From NCBI RefSeq assembly GCF_044324785.1, contig NZ_CP172127.1: a stretch of DNA of 64,000 nucleotides; one strand, given 5' to 3'. Both the position numbers and the translations under genes were made by a program. The DNA is from Escherichia coli (lineage in GTDB: Bacteria; Pseudomonadota; Gammaproteobacteria; Enterobacterales; Enterobacteriaceae). Shown here one piece after another: positions 1 through 11,052 of the stretch (its first letter is position 1; each line of letters begins with the position of its first letter). A model generated the notes under the pieces. That model was not told the DNA's origin. It did no database searches and was given only the letters and a program-made list of their open reading frames with translations.

Positions 1-13
1 GAGAATCCGGGTT

Positions 14-1033
14 ATGTTGCAGTTTATTCTCCGACGTTTGGGACTCGTCATCCCCACGTTTATCGGTATTACCCTTCTCACATTTGCCTTTGTCCACATG
101 ATCCCGGGCGATCCGGTGATGATCATGGCGGGCGAACGTGGGATCTCCCCAGAGCGTCACGCGCAGCTGCTGGCTGAACTCGGCTTAGATAAACCGATGT
201 GGCAGCAGTATCTCCATTACATTTGGGGCGTTATGCATGGCGATCTAGGCATTTCAATGAAAAGCCGCATCCCGGTTTGGGAAGAGTTTGTGCCGCGCTT
301 TCAGGCCACGCTGGAGCTTGGTGTCTGCGCGATGATTTTTGCTACGGCAGTCGGTATTCCGGTTGGTGTGCTGGCTGCGGTTAAACGCGGTTCCATTTTC
401 GATCACACGGCGGTTGGTCTGGCGCTGACCGGCTACTCGATGCCGATCTTCTGGTGGGGCATGATGCTGATCATGCTGGTTTCGGTGCACTGGAACCTGA
501 CGCCCGTCTCCGGTCGCGTGAGCGATATGGTGTTCCTCGATGATTCCAATCCGTTAACCGGTTTTATGTTAATCGACACCGCCACCTGGGGTGAAGACGG
601 TAACTTTATCGATGCCGTCGCGCATATGATCCTGCCCGCCATTGTGCTGGGTACGATACCGCTGGCGGTGATTGTGCGTATGACGCGCTCCTCGATGCTT
701 GAAGTGCTGGGTGAAGATTACATCCGCACCGCGCGCGCCAAAGGGTTGACCCGCCTTAGGGTGATTATCGTCCACGCGCTGCGTAACGCGATGCTGCCGG
801 TAGTGACCGTTATCGGCCTTCAGGTGGGAACATTGCTGGCGGGGGCGATTCTGACCGAAACCATCTTCTCGTGGCCCGGTCTGGGGCGCTGGTTGATTGA
901 CGCACTGCAACGCCGCGATTATCCGGTAGTGCAGGGTGGCGTATTGCTGGTGGCGACGATGATTATCCTCGTCAACCTGCTGGTCGATCTGCTGTACGGC
1001 GTGGTGAACCCGCGTATTCGTCATAAGAAGTAA
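14..1033 (+). CDS. dppB: Dipeptide ABC transporter permease DppB
   Basis: 339 aa ORF with ABC permease hydrophobic profile; followed by dppC, dppD, dppF in operon order; length matches recalled E. coli DppB. Confidence 0.93.
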   Translation: MLQFILRRLGLVIPTFIGITLLTFAFVHMIPGDPVMIMAGERGISPERHAQLLAELGLDKPMWQQYLHYIWGVMHGDLGISMKSRIPVWEEFVPRFQATLELGVCAMIFATAVGIPVGVLAAVKRGSIFDHTAVGLALTGYSMPIFWWGMMLIMLVSVHWNLTPVSGRVSDMVFLDDSNPLTGFMLIDTATWGEDGNFIDAVAHMILPAIVLGTIPLAVIVRMTRSSMLEVLGEDYIRTARAKGLTRLRVIIVHALRNAMLPVVTVIGLQVGTLLAGAILTETIFSWPGLGRWLIDALQRRDYPVVQGGVLLVATMIILVNLLVDLLYGVVNPRIRHKK

Positions 1034-1042
1034 GGGGACATC

Positions 1043-1945
1043 ATGTCACAGGTTACTGAAAATAAACTGATTAGCGCACCGGTGCCGATGACCCCATTAC
1101 AGGAGTTCTGGCACTATTTTAAACGCAACAAAGGCGCGGTTGTCGGGCTGGTTTACGTCGTCATCGTGCTGTTTATCGCGATCTTTGCCAACTGGATTGC
1201 ACCCTATAACCCGGCGGAACAGTTCCGCGATGCACTGCTCGCCCCGCCAGCCTGGCAGGAAGGCGGCAGCATGGCGCACTTGCTGGGCACCGATGACGTA
1301 GGCCGTGATGTGCTGTCGCGGCTGATGTACGGTGCGCGCTTGTCACTGCTGGTTGGCTGTCTGGTAGTTGTGTTATCGCTGATTATGGGCGTTATTCTCG
1401 GCCTGATCGCCGGTTACTTCGGCGGCCTGGTCGATAACATCATCATGCGCGTGGTCGATATCATGCTGGCGCTGCCAAGTCTGCTGTTGGCACTGGTGCT
1501 GGTGGCGATTTTCGGCCCGTCGATTGGTAACGCCGCGCTGGCGCTGACCTTCGTTGCCTTGCCGCACTATGTGCGCTTAACACGCGCCGCCGTGCTGGTG
1601 GAGGTGAATCGCGATTACGTTACCGCGTCTCGCGTGGCGGGTGCCGGGGCGATGCGCCAGATGTTTATAAACATCTTCCCGAACTGCCTTGCGCCGCTGA
1701 TTGTTCAGGCGTCGCTCGGTTTCTCTAACGCCATTCTCGATATGGCTGCTCTTGGTTTCCTCGGCATGGGGGCGCAGCCGCCAACACCAGAGTGGGGCAC
1801 CATGCTCTCCGACGTGTTGCAGTTCGCGCAAAGCGCCTGGTGGGTCGTGACCTTCCCGGGTCTGGCGATCCTGCTGACGGTGCTGGCATTTAACCTGATG
1901 GGTGACGGTCTGCGTGACGCGCTCGATCCCAAACTGAAGCAGTAA
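1043..1945 (+). CDS. dppC: Dipeptide ABC transporter permease DppC
   Basis: 300 aa membrane ORF 10 nt after dppB stop; operon context. Confidence 0.93.
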   Translation: MSQVTENKLISAPVPMTPLQEFWHYFKRNKGAVVGLVYVVIVLFIAIFANWIAPYNPAEQFRDALLAPPAWQEGGSMAHLLGTDDVGRDVLSRLMYGARLSLLVGCLVVVLSLIMGVILGLIAGYFGGLVDNIIMRVVDIMLALPSLLLALVLVAIFGPSIGNAALALTFVALPHYVRLTRAAVLVEVNRDYVTASRVAGAGAMRQMFINIFPNCLAPLIVQASLGFSNAILDMAALGFLGMGAQPPTPEWGTMLSDVLQFAQSAWWVVTFPGLAILLTVLAFNLMGDGLRDALDPKLKQ

Positions 1946-1955
1946 GAGGTTCGAG

Positions 1956-2939
1956 ATGGCGTTATTAAATGTAGATAAATTATCGGTGCATTTCGGCGAC
2001 GAAAGCGCACCGTTCCGCGCCGTAGACCGCATCAGCTACAGCGTAAAACAGGGCGAAGTGGTCGGGATTGTGGGTGAGTCTGGCTCCGGTAAGTCGGTCA
2101 GTTCACTGGCGATTATGGGGCTGATTGATTATCCGGGCCGCGTAATGGCGGAAAAGCTGGTGTTTAACGGTCAGGATTTGCAGCGTATATCAGAAAAAGA
2201 GCGCCGCAACCTGGTGGGTGCCGAAGTGGCGATGATCTTCCAGGACCCGATGACCAGCCTTAACCCGTGCTACACCGTGGGTTTCCAGATTATGGAAGCG
2301 ATTAAGGTGCATCAGGGCGGCAACAAAAGTACCCGCCGTCAGCGGGCGATTGACCTGCTGAATCAGGTCGGTATTCCCGATCCGGCATCGCGTCTGGATG
2401 TTTATCCGCATCAGCTTTCCGGCGGCATGAGCCAGCGTGTAATGATCGCTATGGCAATTGCCTGTCGGCCAAAACTGCTGATTGCCGATGAACCGACCAC
2501 TGCGCTGGACGTGACCATTCAGGCGCAAATTATCGAACTGCTGCTGGAGCTACAGCAGAAAGAGAACATGGCGCTGGTGTTGATCACTCATGACCTGGCA
2601 CTGGTGGCGGAAGCGGCACATAAAATCATCGTGATGTATGCAGGCCAGGTAGTAGAAACGGGCGATGCGCACGCTATCTTCCATGCGCCGCGTCACCCGT
2701 ATACTCAGGCATTGCTGCGTGCGCTGCCGGAATTTGCTCAGGACAAAGAACGTCTGGCGTCGTTGCCAGGTGTCGTTCCCGGCAAGTACGACCGCCCGAA
2801 CGGCTGCCTGCTTAACCCGCGCTGCCCCTACGCCACTGACAAATGCCGTGCTGAAGAACCGGCGCTGAATATGCTCGCTGACGGGCGTCAGTCCAAATGC
2901 CACTACCCACTTGATGATGCCGGGAGGCCGACACTATGA
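1956..2939 (+). CDS. dppD: Dipeptide ABC transporter ATP-binding protein DppD
   Basis: 327 aa; Walker A GESGSGKS, signature LSGGMSQR, Walker [13 protein letters not shown]. Confidence 0.93.
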   Translation: MALLNVDKLSVHFGDESAPFRAVDRISYSVKQGEVVGIVGESGSGKSVSSLAIMGLIDYPGRVMAEKLVFNGQDLQRISEKERRNLVGAEVAMIFQDPMTSLNPCYTVGFQIMEAIKVHQGGNKSTRRQRAIDLLNQVGIPDPASRLDVYPHQLSGGMSQRVMIAMAIACRPKLLIADEPTTALDVTIQAQIIELLLELQQKENMALVLITHDLALVAEAAHKIIVMYAGQVVETGDAHAIFHAPRHPYTQALLRALPEFAQDKERLASLPGVVPGKYDRPNGCLLNPRCPYATDKCRAEEPALNMLADGRQSKCHYPLDDAGRPTL

Positions 2940-3940
2940 GTACGCAAGAGGCCACCTCGCAACAACCGCTGTTGCAGGCTATCGACCTGAAAAAACATTA
3001 TCCGGTGAAGAAAGGTATGTTCGCGCCGGAACGTCTGGTGAAGGCGCTGGACGGCGTTTCGTTTAACCTTGAACGCGGCAAAACGCTGGCGGTAGTAGGG
3101 GAATCTGGCTGCGGTAAATCGACCCTCGGTCGGTTGCTGACGATGATCGAAACGCCCACCGGTGGTGAACTGTATTACCAGGGGCAGGATCTGCTCAAGC
3201 ACGATCCGCAGGCGCAGAAGCTGCGTCGGCAGAAAATCCAGATTGTCTTCCAGAACCCTTACGGTTCGCTGAATCCACGTAAAAAAGTCGGGCAAATTCT
3301 TGAGGAGCCGCTGCTGATTAATACCAGCTTAAGCAAAGAACAGCGTCGGGAAAAAGCCCTGTCGATGATGGCGAAAGTCGGCCTGAAAACCGAACATTAT
3401 GACCGCTATCCGCATATGTTCTCCGGCGGACAACGTCAGCGTATCGCCATCGCCCGTGGTCTGATGCTCGACCCGGACGTGGTGATTGCCGATGAGCCGG
3501 TCTCCGCGCTGGACGTCTCAGTGCGTGCGCAGGTGCTCAACCTGATGATGGATTTGCAGCAGGAGTTGGGGCTTTCTTATGTCTTTATTTCCCACGACCT
3601 GTCGGTTGTGGAGCACATTGCTGATGAAGTGATGGTGATGTACCTGGGCCGCTGCGTGGAGAAGGGAACGAAGGACCAAATCTTCAATAACCCGCGTCAT
3701 CCGTACACTCAGGCGCTACTCTCCGCGACGCCGCGCCTGAACCCGGACGATCGCCGCGAGCGCATTAAGCTCACCGGTGAACTGCCAAGCCCGCTCAATC
3801 CACCGCCGGGCTGTGCCTTCAACGCTCGCTGTCGTCGACGCTTCGGTCCCTGCACCCAGTTGCAGCCGCAGCTAAAAGACTACGGCGGTCAACTGGTAGC
3901 CTGCTTTGCTGTTGATCAGGATGAAAATCCGCAGCGTTAA
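2936..3940 (+). CDS. dppF: Dipeptide ABC transporter ATP-binding protein DppF
   Basis: 334 aa; Walker [10 protein letters not shown], signature FSGGQRQR; 4-bp ATGA overlap with dppD. Confidence 0.93.
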   Translation: MSTQEATSQQPLLQAIDLKKHYPVKKGMFAPERLVKALDGVSFNLERGKTLAVVGESGCGKSTLGRLLTMIETPTGGELYYQGQDLLKHDPQAQKLRRQKIQIVFQNPYGSLNPRKKVGQILEEPLLINTSLSKEQRREKALSMMAKVGLKTEHYDRYPHMFSGGQRQRIAIARGLMLDPDVVIADEPVSALDVSVRAQVLNLMMDLQQELGLSYVFISHDLSVVEHIADEVMVMYLGRCVEKGTKDQIFNNPRHPYTQALLSATPRLNPDDRRERIKLTGELPSPLNPPPGCAFNARCRRRFGPCTQLQPQLKDYGGQLVACFAVDQDENPQR

Positions 3941-3946
3941 CTCATA

Positions 3947-3971
3947 AAACCGGGGCCGTGCGCTCCGGTTT
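3947..3971. terminator. Bidirectional hairpin between convergent dppF and yhjV
   Basis: Inverted repeat aaaaccgggg...ccggttt between the two stop codons. Confidence 0.5.
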
Positions 3972-5241
3972 ACTCAATCAGCTTCAACAGTGGCGACAAG
4001 CATAGCAAAATGCCGTAAAGCAGAATCAGCCAGGCTTTAAATCCGCGAAGTTTTTCCAGTTGTGCGACTTTATAGATCAGGAAAAATGGAATGAGGCACG
4101 ACACAATGCCATATAACGGACTTCCCAACTGAAAGAACACCAGCACCGATACACGAAACGAAACCCAAATCGTCAACGTAATGACGATAAAAGCGCAGAT
4201 CGCCAGAGTCAGCACGTGTGAGTTAATTTTCTTGGTATCAATAATTCGGCTTAACAGATTGAGAATAATGCCTTTAATGGCCTCGTGGAAACCGAGATAA
4301 ATGCCAAAGAATGCGGTCAGTACGGCAAAGATATTCAGCACCGTAGAGGTGATATGAATGATATGCCCAGGGATCACCTGCGCGGCCAGTGCCAGTGCCG
4401 AGATATTTTGTTCAAAGGCAGAAACGGCTTCTTCGTGGCTAATTGAGAAGGTAAACGAAAAGGCAAAAAACAGTATCACCGCGATGAGCGTGATATAACT
4501 AATTCGGTGGGTACGCAGCGCGAGCCGGGTTGCCAGTACTTTATCCGCTTCCCGTTTACGATAGGCAATATTCATTGGGTTAAGTACCTGAATAAATACT
4601 GCAGAAAAGAAGCAAAATGGAATGGTAAGCAGGACATCGCGGAAAAAGACGGAGGCTTGCGGGAAGGCGGTTATATTGGCGAAATTCCAGTGCGGGATCA
4701 TCGCAAAACCGAACACGACAATAATCCCTACTTTGACCACCACCATTGGCCCGGAAATCTTAAACAGTAATCGTTCACCACCAGACGCAATCGCCACCAG
4801 TACGGCGAAAATAGCGACTTTATAAAGTAGAGATTGTGAAAGATCGGCATCGGTTAAACCGAAGGTTTTCAGGTACGAGGCGCTGTCGAAAACCACGGAG
4901 AGAGAGTAGATAAAAATCCCGTGGATAATCATCAAAAAGTAGATAACCCCGAGGAAAATTCCCCAGTTCTTCCCCAGGTAATGACTGATAATATCGGTGT
5001 AGTCATTACAGGAATCGCTTTCAGAAAGGGTTTTTAAATAAATATCCTGCACTACCCAGGTGGCAGGATAAGCAATGATCGCTGCGGTAATAAATACCCA
5101 AATTCCCTTCAAGCCAATTTGTACTGGCATCAGCACGGTTCCGGCACCAATCGCCATGCCTATACATAATAAAACCCAGCCGAAGTCGTAGCGTGTAAAC
5201 GGCAATTTCTGATCGTGTTTCGGTAGTGTGTTGTGCTGCAT
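3970..5241 (-). CDS. yhjV: Putative amino acid/H+ symporter family inner membrane transporter YhjV
   Basis: Multi-TM ORF; start set at internal Met ([11 protein letters not shown]...) to give 423 aa, matching recalled YhjV length; the track ORF extends to 5397. Confidence 0.85.
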   Translation of the reverse strand: MQHNTLPKHDQKLPFTRYDFGWVLLCIGMAIGAGTVLMPVQIGLKGIWVFITAAIIAYPATWVVQDIYLKTLSESDSCNDYTDIISHYLGKNWGIFLGVIYFLMIIHGIFIYSLSVVFDSASYLKTFGLTDADLSQSLLYKVAIFAVLVAIASGGERLLFKISGPMVVVKVGIIVVFGFAMIPHWNFANITAFPQASVFFRDVLLTIPFCFFSAVFIQVLNPMNIAYRKREADKVLATRLALRTHRISYITLIAVILFFAFSFTFSISHEEAVSAFEQNISALALAAQVIPGHIIHITSTVLNIFAVLTAFFGIYLGFHEAIKGIILNLLSRIIDTKKINSHVLTLAICAFIVITLTIWVSFRVSVLVFFQLGSPLYGIVSCLIPFFLIYKVAQLEKLRGFKAWLILLYGILLCLSPLLKLIE

Positions 5242-5597
5242 AAAGTCCTGTCCAGAAAGAAGTCGGCCTCGCAAAAATGAATAAACCCAGTTTCTCTTGC
5301 GCAACAGGTGGAGAAGTCGATACGCAGTATGTAAAAAATGAGGCAATAGATTCACTGGGGAGGTCGCGAGGAGGCGCAATTCTACAAAATTGCGCATTTC
5401 ACTACCAGTCTGGAGTCAGCCCGGATATGAACTGCAACTATTGCAAATAAAGAAATTAAGCTGGAAGGCATCACGCAATGAGGAAGATAGCCGGGTGCTG
5501 ACGGTAAAAAGCAATCGTAAAATCAGCGGCAAGCCGGAAAGGTTCCGGTGAGGCGCAATGTTGCGGGGGCTTAATCCCTGGTGGCATTGGTTGCTGG

Positions 5598-5666
5598 AGA
5601 GAGAAAACCCCCGCACGTTGCAGGTATGCACCTGACAACATCACGGGGGCCATTCTTGAACCTGAA
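5598..5666 (-). ncRNA. rdl: Rdl antisense RNA (type I antitoxin), copy 1
   Basis: Reverse complement of the ldr leader region resembles recalled Rdl RNA (..caagaauggcccccgug..caacgugcggggguuuucuc); ends approximate. Confidence 0.5.
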
Positions 5667-5715
5667 CAACTCAAGAATAGCCGCGAAACGTTGTCATTAC
5701 AACTCAGGCGGCTAT

Positions 5716-5823
5716 ATGACGCTCGCAGAACTGGGCATGGCCTTCTGGCATGATTTAGCGGCTCCGGTCATTGCTGGCATTCTTGCCAGCATGATCGTGA
5801 ACTGGCTGAATAAGCGGAAGTAA
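5716..5823 (+). CDS. ldrD: Ldr small toxic peptide (type I toxin), copy 1
   Basis: 35 aa MTLAELGMAFWHDLAAPVIAGILASMIVNWLNKRK matches recalled LdrD; sits between yhjV and bcsG as in K-12. Confidence 0.85.
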   Translation: MTLAELGMAFWHDLAAPVIAGILASMIVNWLNKRK

Positions 5824-6080
5824 CGTGTCAGACGGGCGTCAGGCTGCCGTAATGGCAAGTTGCGCCCGGATCAGACCGCAGGGATAAAACTCTGCGGCCT
5901 TTTTCGTAAGAAAAATGCAACGGTTGCAAGCGGATAATATTCTGCGGAATGCGCAGCACAGAGTGAAGACGTGACGGATTCCGGAACAGAAAAACAGTCG
6001 TAGAATCAGCGGCAAGCCGGAAAGGTTCCGGTGAGGCGCAATGTTGCGGGGGCTTAATCCCTGGTGGCATTGGTTGCTGG

Positions 6081-6149
6081 AGAGAGAAAACCCCCGCACG
6101 TTGCAGGTATGCACCTGACAACACCACGGGGGCCATTCTTGCATCCAAA
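6081..6149 (-). ncRNA. rdl: Rdl antisense RNA (type I antitoxin), copy 2
   Basis: Same element 483 bp downstream of copy 1 with several substitutions; ends approximate. Confidence 0.45.
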
Positions 6150-6198
6150 CAATACAAGAATAGCCGCGAAACGTTGTCATTACAACAGAGGCGGCTAT

Positions 6199-6306
6199 AT
6201 GACGCTCGCAGAACTGGGCATGGCCTTCTGGCATGATTTAGCGGCTCCGGTCATTGCTGGCATTCTTGCCAGTCTGATCGTGAACTGGCTGAACACGCGG
6301 AAGTAA
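6199..6306 (+). CDS. Ldr small toxic peptide (type I toxin), copy 2
   Basis: 35 aa MTLAELGMAFWHDLAAPVIAGILASLIVNWLNTRK; diverged paralog (M25L, K32T) within the second repeat unit. Confidence 0.8.
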   Translation: MTLAELGMAFWHDLAAPVIAGILASLIVNWLNTRK

Positions 6307-6392
6307 CGTGTCAGACGGGCGTCAGGCTGCCGTAATGGCAATTTGCGCCCGGACCAGGCCGCAGGGGGAAAACTCTGCGGCCTTTTTCGTTC

Positions 6393-8072
6393 TTATTGCG
6401 GGTAAGGTACCCAGTCGCCGCCATTCAGGCGAACGTACGGTTTATCCTGGTATTGAATAACTACTGCATTTGAGTTCTCGGAGACCGGTGCTGTTTGTGG
6501 CAACCCACTGGTGAGTTTTTTCCAGTCAACATTGTCGTCGGAGAAAATCTTGCCATCAAGAACGCGAACCACCAGATCGGAGATAGCCAGGAAGCTGCTC
6601 GGTTGGTCGATGACAATCGGTGCCCCCTGATGTGGTGCCTTCATGCCGAAGAATTTCACCCCAACGGGGACGTCTGTGATAGACGGGCTGGGGATATCAC
6701 GTAGGCCAGATACCTGCATTCTGTCGCCCTTCAGCGCGCCACCGTGTTCCGGCACCACTACCACCATCACTTTACGACCCGATTTCTCCAGTTCAGTAAA
6801 GAAGGCGTCCAGCTCATCAAAGAATTTCTGCGCTCGCGCTTTGTAATCCGCTGTTTTGCTGACGCCCGGATAATGGTTGCCGTCATGCAGTGGAAGCGTG
6901 TTGTAGAACGTGGCACTACGGCTGTTTTTATCTTTTTCGGTAACGTCCAGCCAGCGGTTAAGCACGGCGGTATCGTCATAAACCGGCGAACCATCAAAGC
7001 CCAGCAAAATAACCGGCAGATTTGTTTGATCCATCAATTCGGTCTGCATGCCGCCATTTTCGCGAACTTCTTTCAAAAAACCGCCGAACTGGCCGTTATG
7101 TCCCATCATCAGGTGCTGGGTAAAGCCCAGTTTCGACAGGTTATCAAACAGATAGCAGTCGTTATTTGCCGGTTGATACAGATTAGTGTGCGAAGTCTGC
7201 CCGCAGCTGGCGCGCAGTAAACGGATCGCCGCCGGGCCACTGTAGGAGGTGGCGGAGTTAAAGTTCTTGAACTCAATATCGAAATGCGACCACAGCGGAT
7301 GCGACATCAACCCGGCGGCTTCAATATCCGACCAGGAAAGCGAACAAATATTAATCATCAGTAGTTCAAATGGCTGAGCATCAGCGGGCAGCGAAGACGG
7401 GAAGGTCGATTTACGTTTCGCCTCTGCGTTATAGAAATTATTCAGCCAGGCGTTAAGGTTCGCCGTTGTTGGCGGTGCAGTTTGTGCGGGCATATCACCC
7501 ACTACCGGTGCGCCACCCGTCGCGGCAACGGTTGCCGCTGCGTTACCACCCGTCGTTGTTACAGTGGTCGTCGGTTGACCGGCAGGCCACAAGGAGAAAC
7601 TTGGTCCCGCCAGGGTAAGTACGTTCAGCCATAGCAGAATGGCAACCACAAAAACGGTAATGCGAATCCATTGTGACAGGAATAACCAGGCCACTAATAA
7701 AACAAAAATGGCCCCAATCATCTGCCAGTTAATAAAGCGTGTGACAAGGTCGATTAAATAATCGGTACTGAACCCCGCCACCTGCGAACCCTGGCTCATT
7801 ATGCTTTCCGGGCCAGGCAACCAGGTGTCATGCCAGAACAAAGCAAAGCCGATCGGCAGGGCAATCCAGTGGCGTAAGCGATGCAGGCTGTAGCGCGGAA
7901 TGGGCATCAGCAGAAACGCGGCAAACACCAGATTGAGGAGCGGATGGAAGTTAAGATATCCCGCCCACAACAGGCCGAACTTAACCAGAAAATAGAAGTT
8001 CCAGCCGGAAAGGCCGCGCCAGTATTGCCAGAGGGAAGAAGGCATGGCGGTATTTTGCGTAAATTGAGTCAT
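6393..8072 (-). CDS. bcsG: Cellulose biosynthesis protein BcsG
   Basis: 559 aa membrane protein with Pro/Thr-rich linker; position and length match recalled BcsG (YhjU). Confidence 0.9.
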   Translation of the reverse strand: MTQFTQNTAMPSSLWQYWRGLSGWNFYFLVKFGLLWAGYLNFHPLLNLVFAAFLLMPIPRYSLHRLRHWIALPIGFALFWHDTWLPGPESIMSQGSQVAGFSTDYLIDLVTRFINWQMIGAIFVLLVAWLFLSQWIRITVFVVAILLWLNVLTLAGPSFSLWPAGQPTTTVTTTGGNAAATVAATGGAPVVGDMPAQTAPPTTANLNAWLNNFYNAEAKRKSTFPSSLPADAQPFELLMINICSLSWSDIEAAGLMSHPLWSHFDIEFKNFNSATSYSGPAAIRLLRASCGQTSHTNLYQPANNDCYLFDNLSKLGFTQHLMMGHNGQFGGFLKEVRENGGMQTELMDQTNLPVILLGFDGSPVYDDTAVLNRWLDVTEKDKNSRSATFYNTLPLHDGNHYPGVSKTADYKARAQKFFDELDAFFTELEKSGRKVMVVVVPEHGGALKGDRMQVSGLRDIPSPSITDVPVGVKFFGMKAPHQGAPIVIDQPSSFLAISDLVVRVLDGKIFSDDNVDWKKLTSGLPQTAPVSENSNAVVIQYQDKPYVRLNGGDWVPYPQ

Positions 8073-8260
8073 TTTTTGGTTGCCTTGGCTTTTTCCGTGC
8101 GGCGTAACGTCCCGGCCGGTTTAACATAACGAGGTTTAGCAAAGAACAAACGTAAGGTGTCGCGAATGCGTCGCAAAGAGTGCCGCGCCAGATAGCCCAG
8201 CGGGAAAAATATCAGTGCGCAAACGACAATAATTTCAATGATATCGCTGATGGTCATCAT
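8069..8260 (-). CDS. bcsF: Cellulose biosynthesis protein BcsF
   Basis: 63 aa single-TM peptide overlapping bcsG start by 4 bp. Confidence 0.85.
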   Translation of the reverse strand: MMTISDIIEIIVVCALIFFPLGYLARHSLRRIRDTLRLFFAKPRYVKPAGTLRRTEKAKATKK

Positions 8261-9828
8261 GATGAGCGCTCCACAGCATCATCTAACAGTCGCATTGGTT
8301 CTGGTATTCGTCGCCAGTGGCGACCATCGTGCTCGGCATTAATGACCGGTTTAGAACTTTGCGTTAAAGGCAGCGGCATGCCCCATTGTTCTGGGGCAAG
8401 CAGGCGCATCTGCACCAGCTCGGCACTGATTTGATCATCTTCAAACCAGACCATACGGTTTGAGAAAATGTCGCCAGTCGGCAATGGGAAAATATGATTC
8501 AACGCGGTATCCAGATCGTTAATCCGACAGAATGAGAGAAACAGCACCAGCCGATTACCGCCAATGGTCATGATATCGCCGGTACGGTTAGGGCGACACA
8601 GCGTCAGGGCTTGTTCAACGCGGATACCCGGTACCGGACGTAGGGCAACCAGAACGCCTTTACCGTGGGCAGGTAATAGAGGGTTATTCATCATGTTGTT
8701 GACGGCATTACAGAACACATCCCACTTCTGGAAACCACGCAGTTTGAGCGGCTGGGTCATTGACAGCAAGGTAGTGATATCTTCCGGCACATAGCGACTA
8801 AATTTCTGCCCTTGCACGCTTTCGATCATCGTCAGACAACGGGAGAGTGGCGCATTCCACGGGATAACCATATTTGCACCGCAGGCCAATAACAAACGTT
8901 CATCGGTGGCGCGCAGGCTAGCGGTATTTTCCCGTACGAGGATTTTCATCGCACTACCGCGCTGGCGACGCAGGGTATGAATGCTGCGGGCCAGTGGCTC
9001 GATTTGCGCATTTTGCTGTAAAGAAAAGACCACCGTCGCCGCCTGAGCGGTACGGGCTTCATTGAACAGGACTTCGTTATTGTTGAACAGTTGCCAGTGT
9101 TCCGATAGCGGCGGCGCACCTTCCAGTACAGCAACATTACTCAGAATGCGTTTTTCGTCGCTGCGTGGTTGGATCTCCGCCTCTTCGCTTTGAACTAAGG
9201 TCCAGATACCCTTTTGTTGCTGAACGCTAAGCTGCTGACGGGCGCTGACCCCTTTTTCGTTGCACCAGAAGGCAATATCCAGCAAATGTTGGTCGCCCTG
9301 AAAACGCAAACTGGCAAGACCAAAAAGTGAACGGTATTCCTCAAGCAACAATGAAAATTGTTTATCGTTATTATTTCCGGGATTAATTACCAAAAGCGAA
9401 CAATGGTTTAACCTGCTCCATTTATTCATTTTATCCAACCATGAGCGAAGCCGCTCGGCAGGAATGTTTTGCCATGCGTTATTTGCGCAAACAAGAATAA
9501 AAAGGTAATTATGGGGATCAATAGAACACTGCAAATCACGGGCCAAATAGTATAGACCTTTTTCATGATTTAGCATTGAAAATAATTTTATTTTTTCCGG
9601 CCCTTGAGAATCATCTAATTGAAAGATTTTCGCCGGATCGCTGTCCATGCTAATGACCGCGACGTGTGCGGTTTCAGCCTGGGATGCAATTGTTTGATTC
9701 GCCAGACTGATAGCATCTTCATGGCGATCGACGTTAAACCACCAGACGCCGCCTGCTGGCATATGTCGCAGCTCATCCCATAATGATGAGATACCGATAG
9801 AGAATACAGGGTCCACAATGTCCCTCAT
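8257..9828 (-). CDS. bcsE: Cellulose biosynthesis protein BcsE
   Basis: 523 aa; first gene of bcsEFG, divergent from bcsR; length matches recalled BcsE. Confidence 0.9.
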   Translation of the reverse strand: MRDIVDPVFSIGISSLWDELRHMPAGGVWWFNVDRHEDAISLANQTIASQAETAHVAVISMDSDPAKIFQLDDSQGPEKIKLFSMLNHEKGLYYLARDLQCSIDPHNYLFILVCANNAWQNIPAERLRSWLDKMNKWSRLNHCSLLVINPGNNNDKQFSLLLEEYRSLFGLASLRFQGDQHLLDIAFWCNEKGVSARQQLSVQQQKGIWTLVQSEEAEIQPRSDEKRILSNVAVLEGAPPLSEHWQLFNNNEVLFNEARTAQAATVVFSLQQNAQIEPLARSIHTLRRQRGSAMKILVRENTASLRATDERLLLACGANMVIPWNAPLSRCLTMIESVQGQKFSRYVPEDITTLLSMTQPLKLRGFQKWDVFCNAVNNMMNNPLLPAHGKGVLVALRPVPGIRVEQALTLCRPNRTGDIMTIGGNRLVLFLSFCRINDLDTALNHIFPLPTGDIFSNRMVWFEDDQISAELVQMRLLAPEQWGMPLPLTQSSKPVINAEHDGRHWRRIPEPMRLLDDAVERSS

Positions 9829-10099
9829 GTCATCATTTTGTCTGATTATCAGTTTACTAGCGAAAGCTAAGAAATAAACCTACCATTGAAATTAAAACTT
9901 ATCAGATTTAGCATGTGAATCAATTTAGCAGGTCACAAGACGTGTGATTTTAGTCTTTTCGTTTTTAACTTTTTTTGTTGCGTAACGGAAAGTCAAAAAG
10001 TGAGCAAATTCCCGTCTCGCCGTAAACAATAAACCGGCGAAATGCTCACGGTTAGAATTGTCTCATGAACGGTACGGTTATTTCATAGGGATCAAGCAA

Positions 10100-10288
10100 A
10101 TGAATAACAATGAACCAGATACTCTGCCTGATCCCGCGATAGGCTATATCTTCCAGAATGATATTTTGGCGTTAAAGCAGGCATTTTCACTGCCTGATAT
10201 TGATTATGCCGATATTTCCCAACGCGAACAGTTGGCCGCGGCATTAAAACGCTGGCCGTTGCTGGCAGAGTTTGCGCAACAAAAGTAG
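10100..10288 (+). CDS. bcsR: Cellulose biosynthesis regulator BcsR
   Basis: 62 aa MNNNEPDTLPD...; start at internal Met of the 76 aa track ORF to match recalled BcsR (YhjR). Confidence 0.8.
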   Translation: MNNNEPDTLPDPAIGYIFQNDILALKQAFSLPDIDYADISQREQLAAALKRWPLLAEFAQQK

Positions 10289-10299
10289 GGGATTGGTGA

Positions 10300-11052
10300 A
10301 TGGCCGTACTGGGATTGCAGGGGGTGCGGGGAGGCGTGGGGACAACAACCATCACCGCCGCATTAGCCTGGTCATTACAAATGTTGGGAGAAAATGTCCT
10401 GGTGGTCGATGCCTGCCCGGACAACTTGTTGCGCCTGTCATTTAACGTTGATTTTACCCACCGTCAGGGCTGGGCCAGAGCTATGCTGGATGGCCAGGAC
10501 TGGCGTGACGCCGGGTTGCGCTACACCTCGCAGCTCGATTTGCTGCCTTTTGGTCAGTTATCCATTGAAGAACAAGAAAATCCACAGCACTGGCAAACCC
10601 GGTTGAGCGATATTTGCTCCGGCTTACAGCAACTAAAATCCAGCGGGCGTTACCAGTGGATTTTAATCGACTTACCGCGTGATGCCTCGCAGATAACCCA
10701 CCAGCTGCTGAGTTTGTGCGATCACTCGCTGTCAATCGTCAATGTGGATGCCAACTGCCATATCCGACTGCATCAGCAAGCGCTGCCGGATGGCGCACAT
10801 ATTTTGATTAATGACTTCCGTATCGGCAGTCAGGTTCAGGACGATATTTACCAGCTTTGGTTGCAAAGCCAGCGCCGATTACTGCCGATGCTCATTCATC
10901 GTGATGAAGCGATGGCTGAATGCCTGGCGGCTAAGCAACCAGTCGGTGAATACCGCAGTGATGCGCTGGCGGCTGAAGAGATACTGACGCTGGCGAACTG
11001 GTGCCTGTTGAACTATTCCGGGCTGAAAACGCCAGTCGGGAGTGCATCATGA
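10300..11052 (+). CDS. bcsQ: Cellulose biosynthesis protein BcsQ (ParA/MinD-like), intact
   Basis: 250 aa with GGVGTTT P-loop-like motif; codon 6 is TTG (Leu), so the frame is open. Confidence 0.9.
   Translation: MAVLGLQGVRGGVGTTTITAALAWSLQMLGENVLVVDACPDNLLRLSFNVDFTHRQGWARAMLDGQDWRDAGLRYTSQLDLLPFGQLSIEEQENPQHWQTRLSDICSGLQQLKSSGRYQWILIDLPRDASQITHQLLSLCDHSLSIVNVDANCHIRLHQQALPDGAHILINDFRIGSQVQDDIYQLWLQSQRRLLPMLIHRDEAMAECLAAKQPVGEYRSDALAAEEILTLANWCLLNYSGLKTPVGSAS

Larger units (their letters stand above)
5515..6375 (+). repeat. Tandem direct repeat of two ldr/rdl modules, period 483 bp
   Basis: aatcagcggcaagccggaaaggttccggtgaggcgcaatgttgcggggg occurs at 5521 and 6004; units alike but not identical. 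Confidence 0.9.

Noticed and set aside
569-1024. 151-aa minus-strand ORF inside dppB
   Set aside because: Antisense to a well-supported GC-rich gene; no RBS; typical spurious frame.
5581-5823. 80-aa extended frame containing the Ldr peptide (same at 6064..6306)
   Set aside because: The real Ldr product is the 35-aa C-terminal peptide from the internal ATG; the upstream extension is the untranslated leader.
5828-6234. Minus-strand ORFs of 109 and 131 aa across the ldr repeat units
   Set aside because: They overlap the Ldr/Rdl elements antisense and are duplicated only because the DNA is repeated; no independent support.
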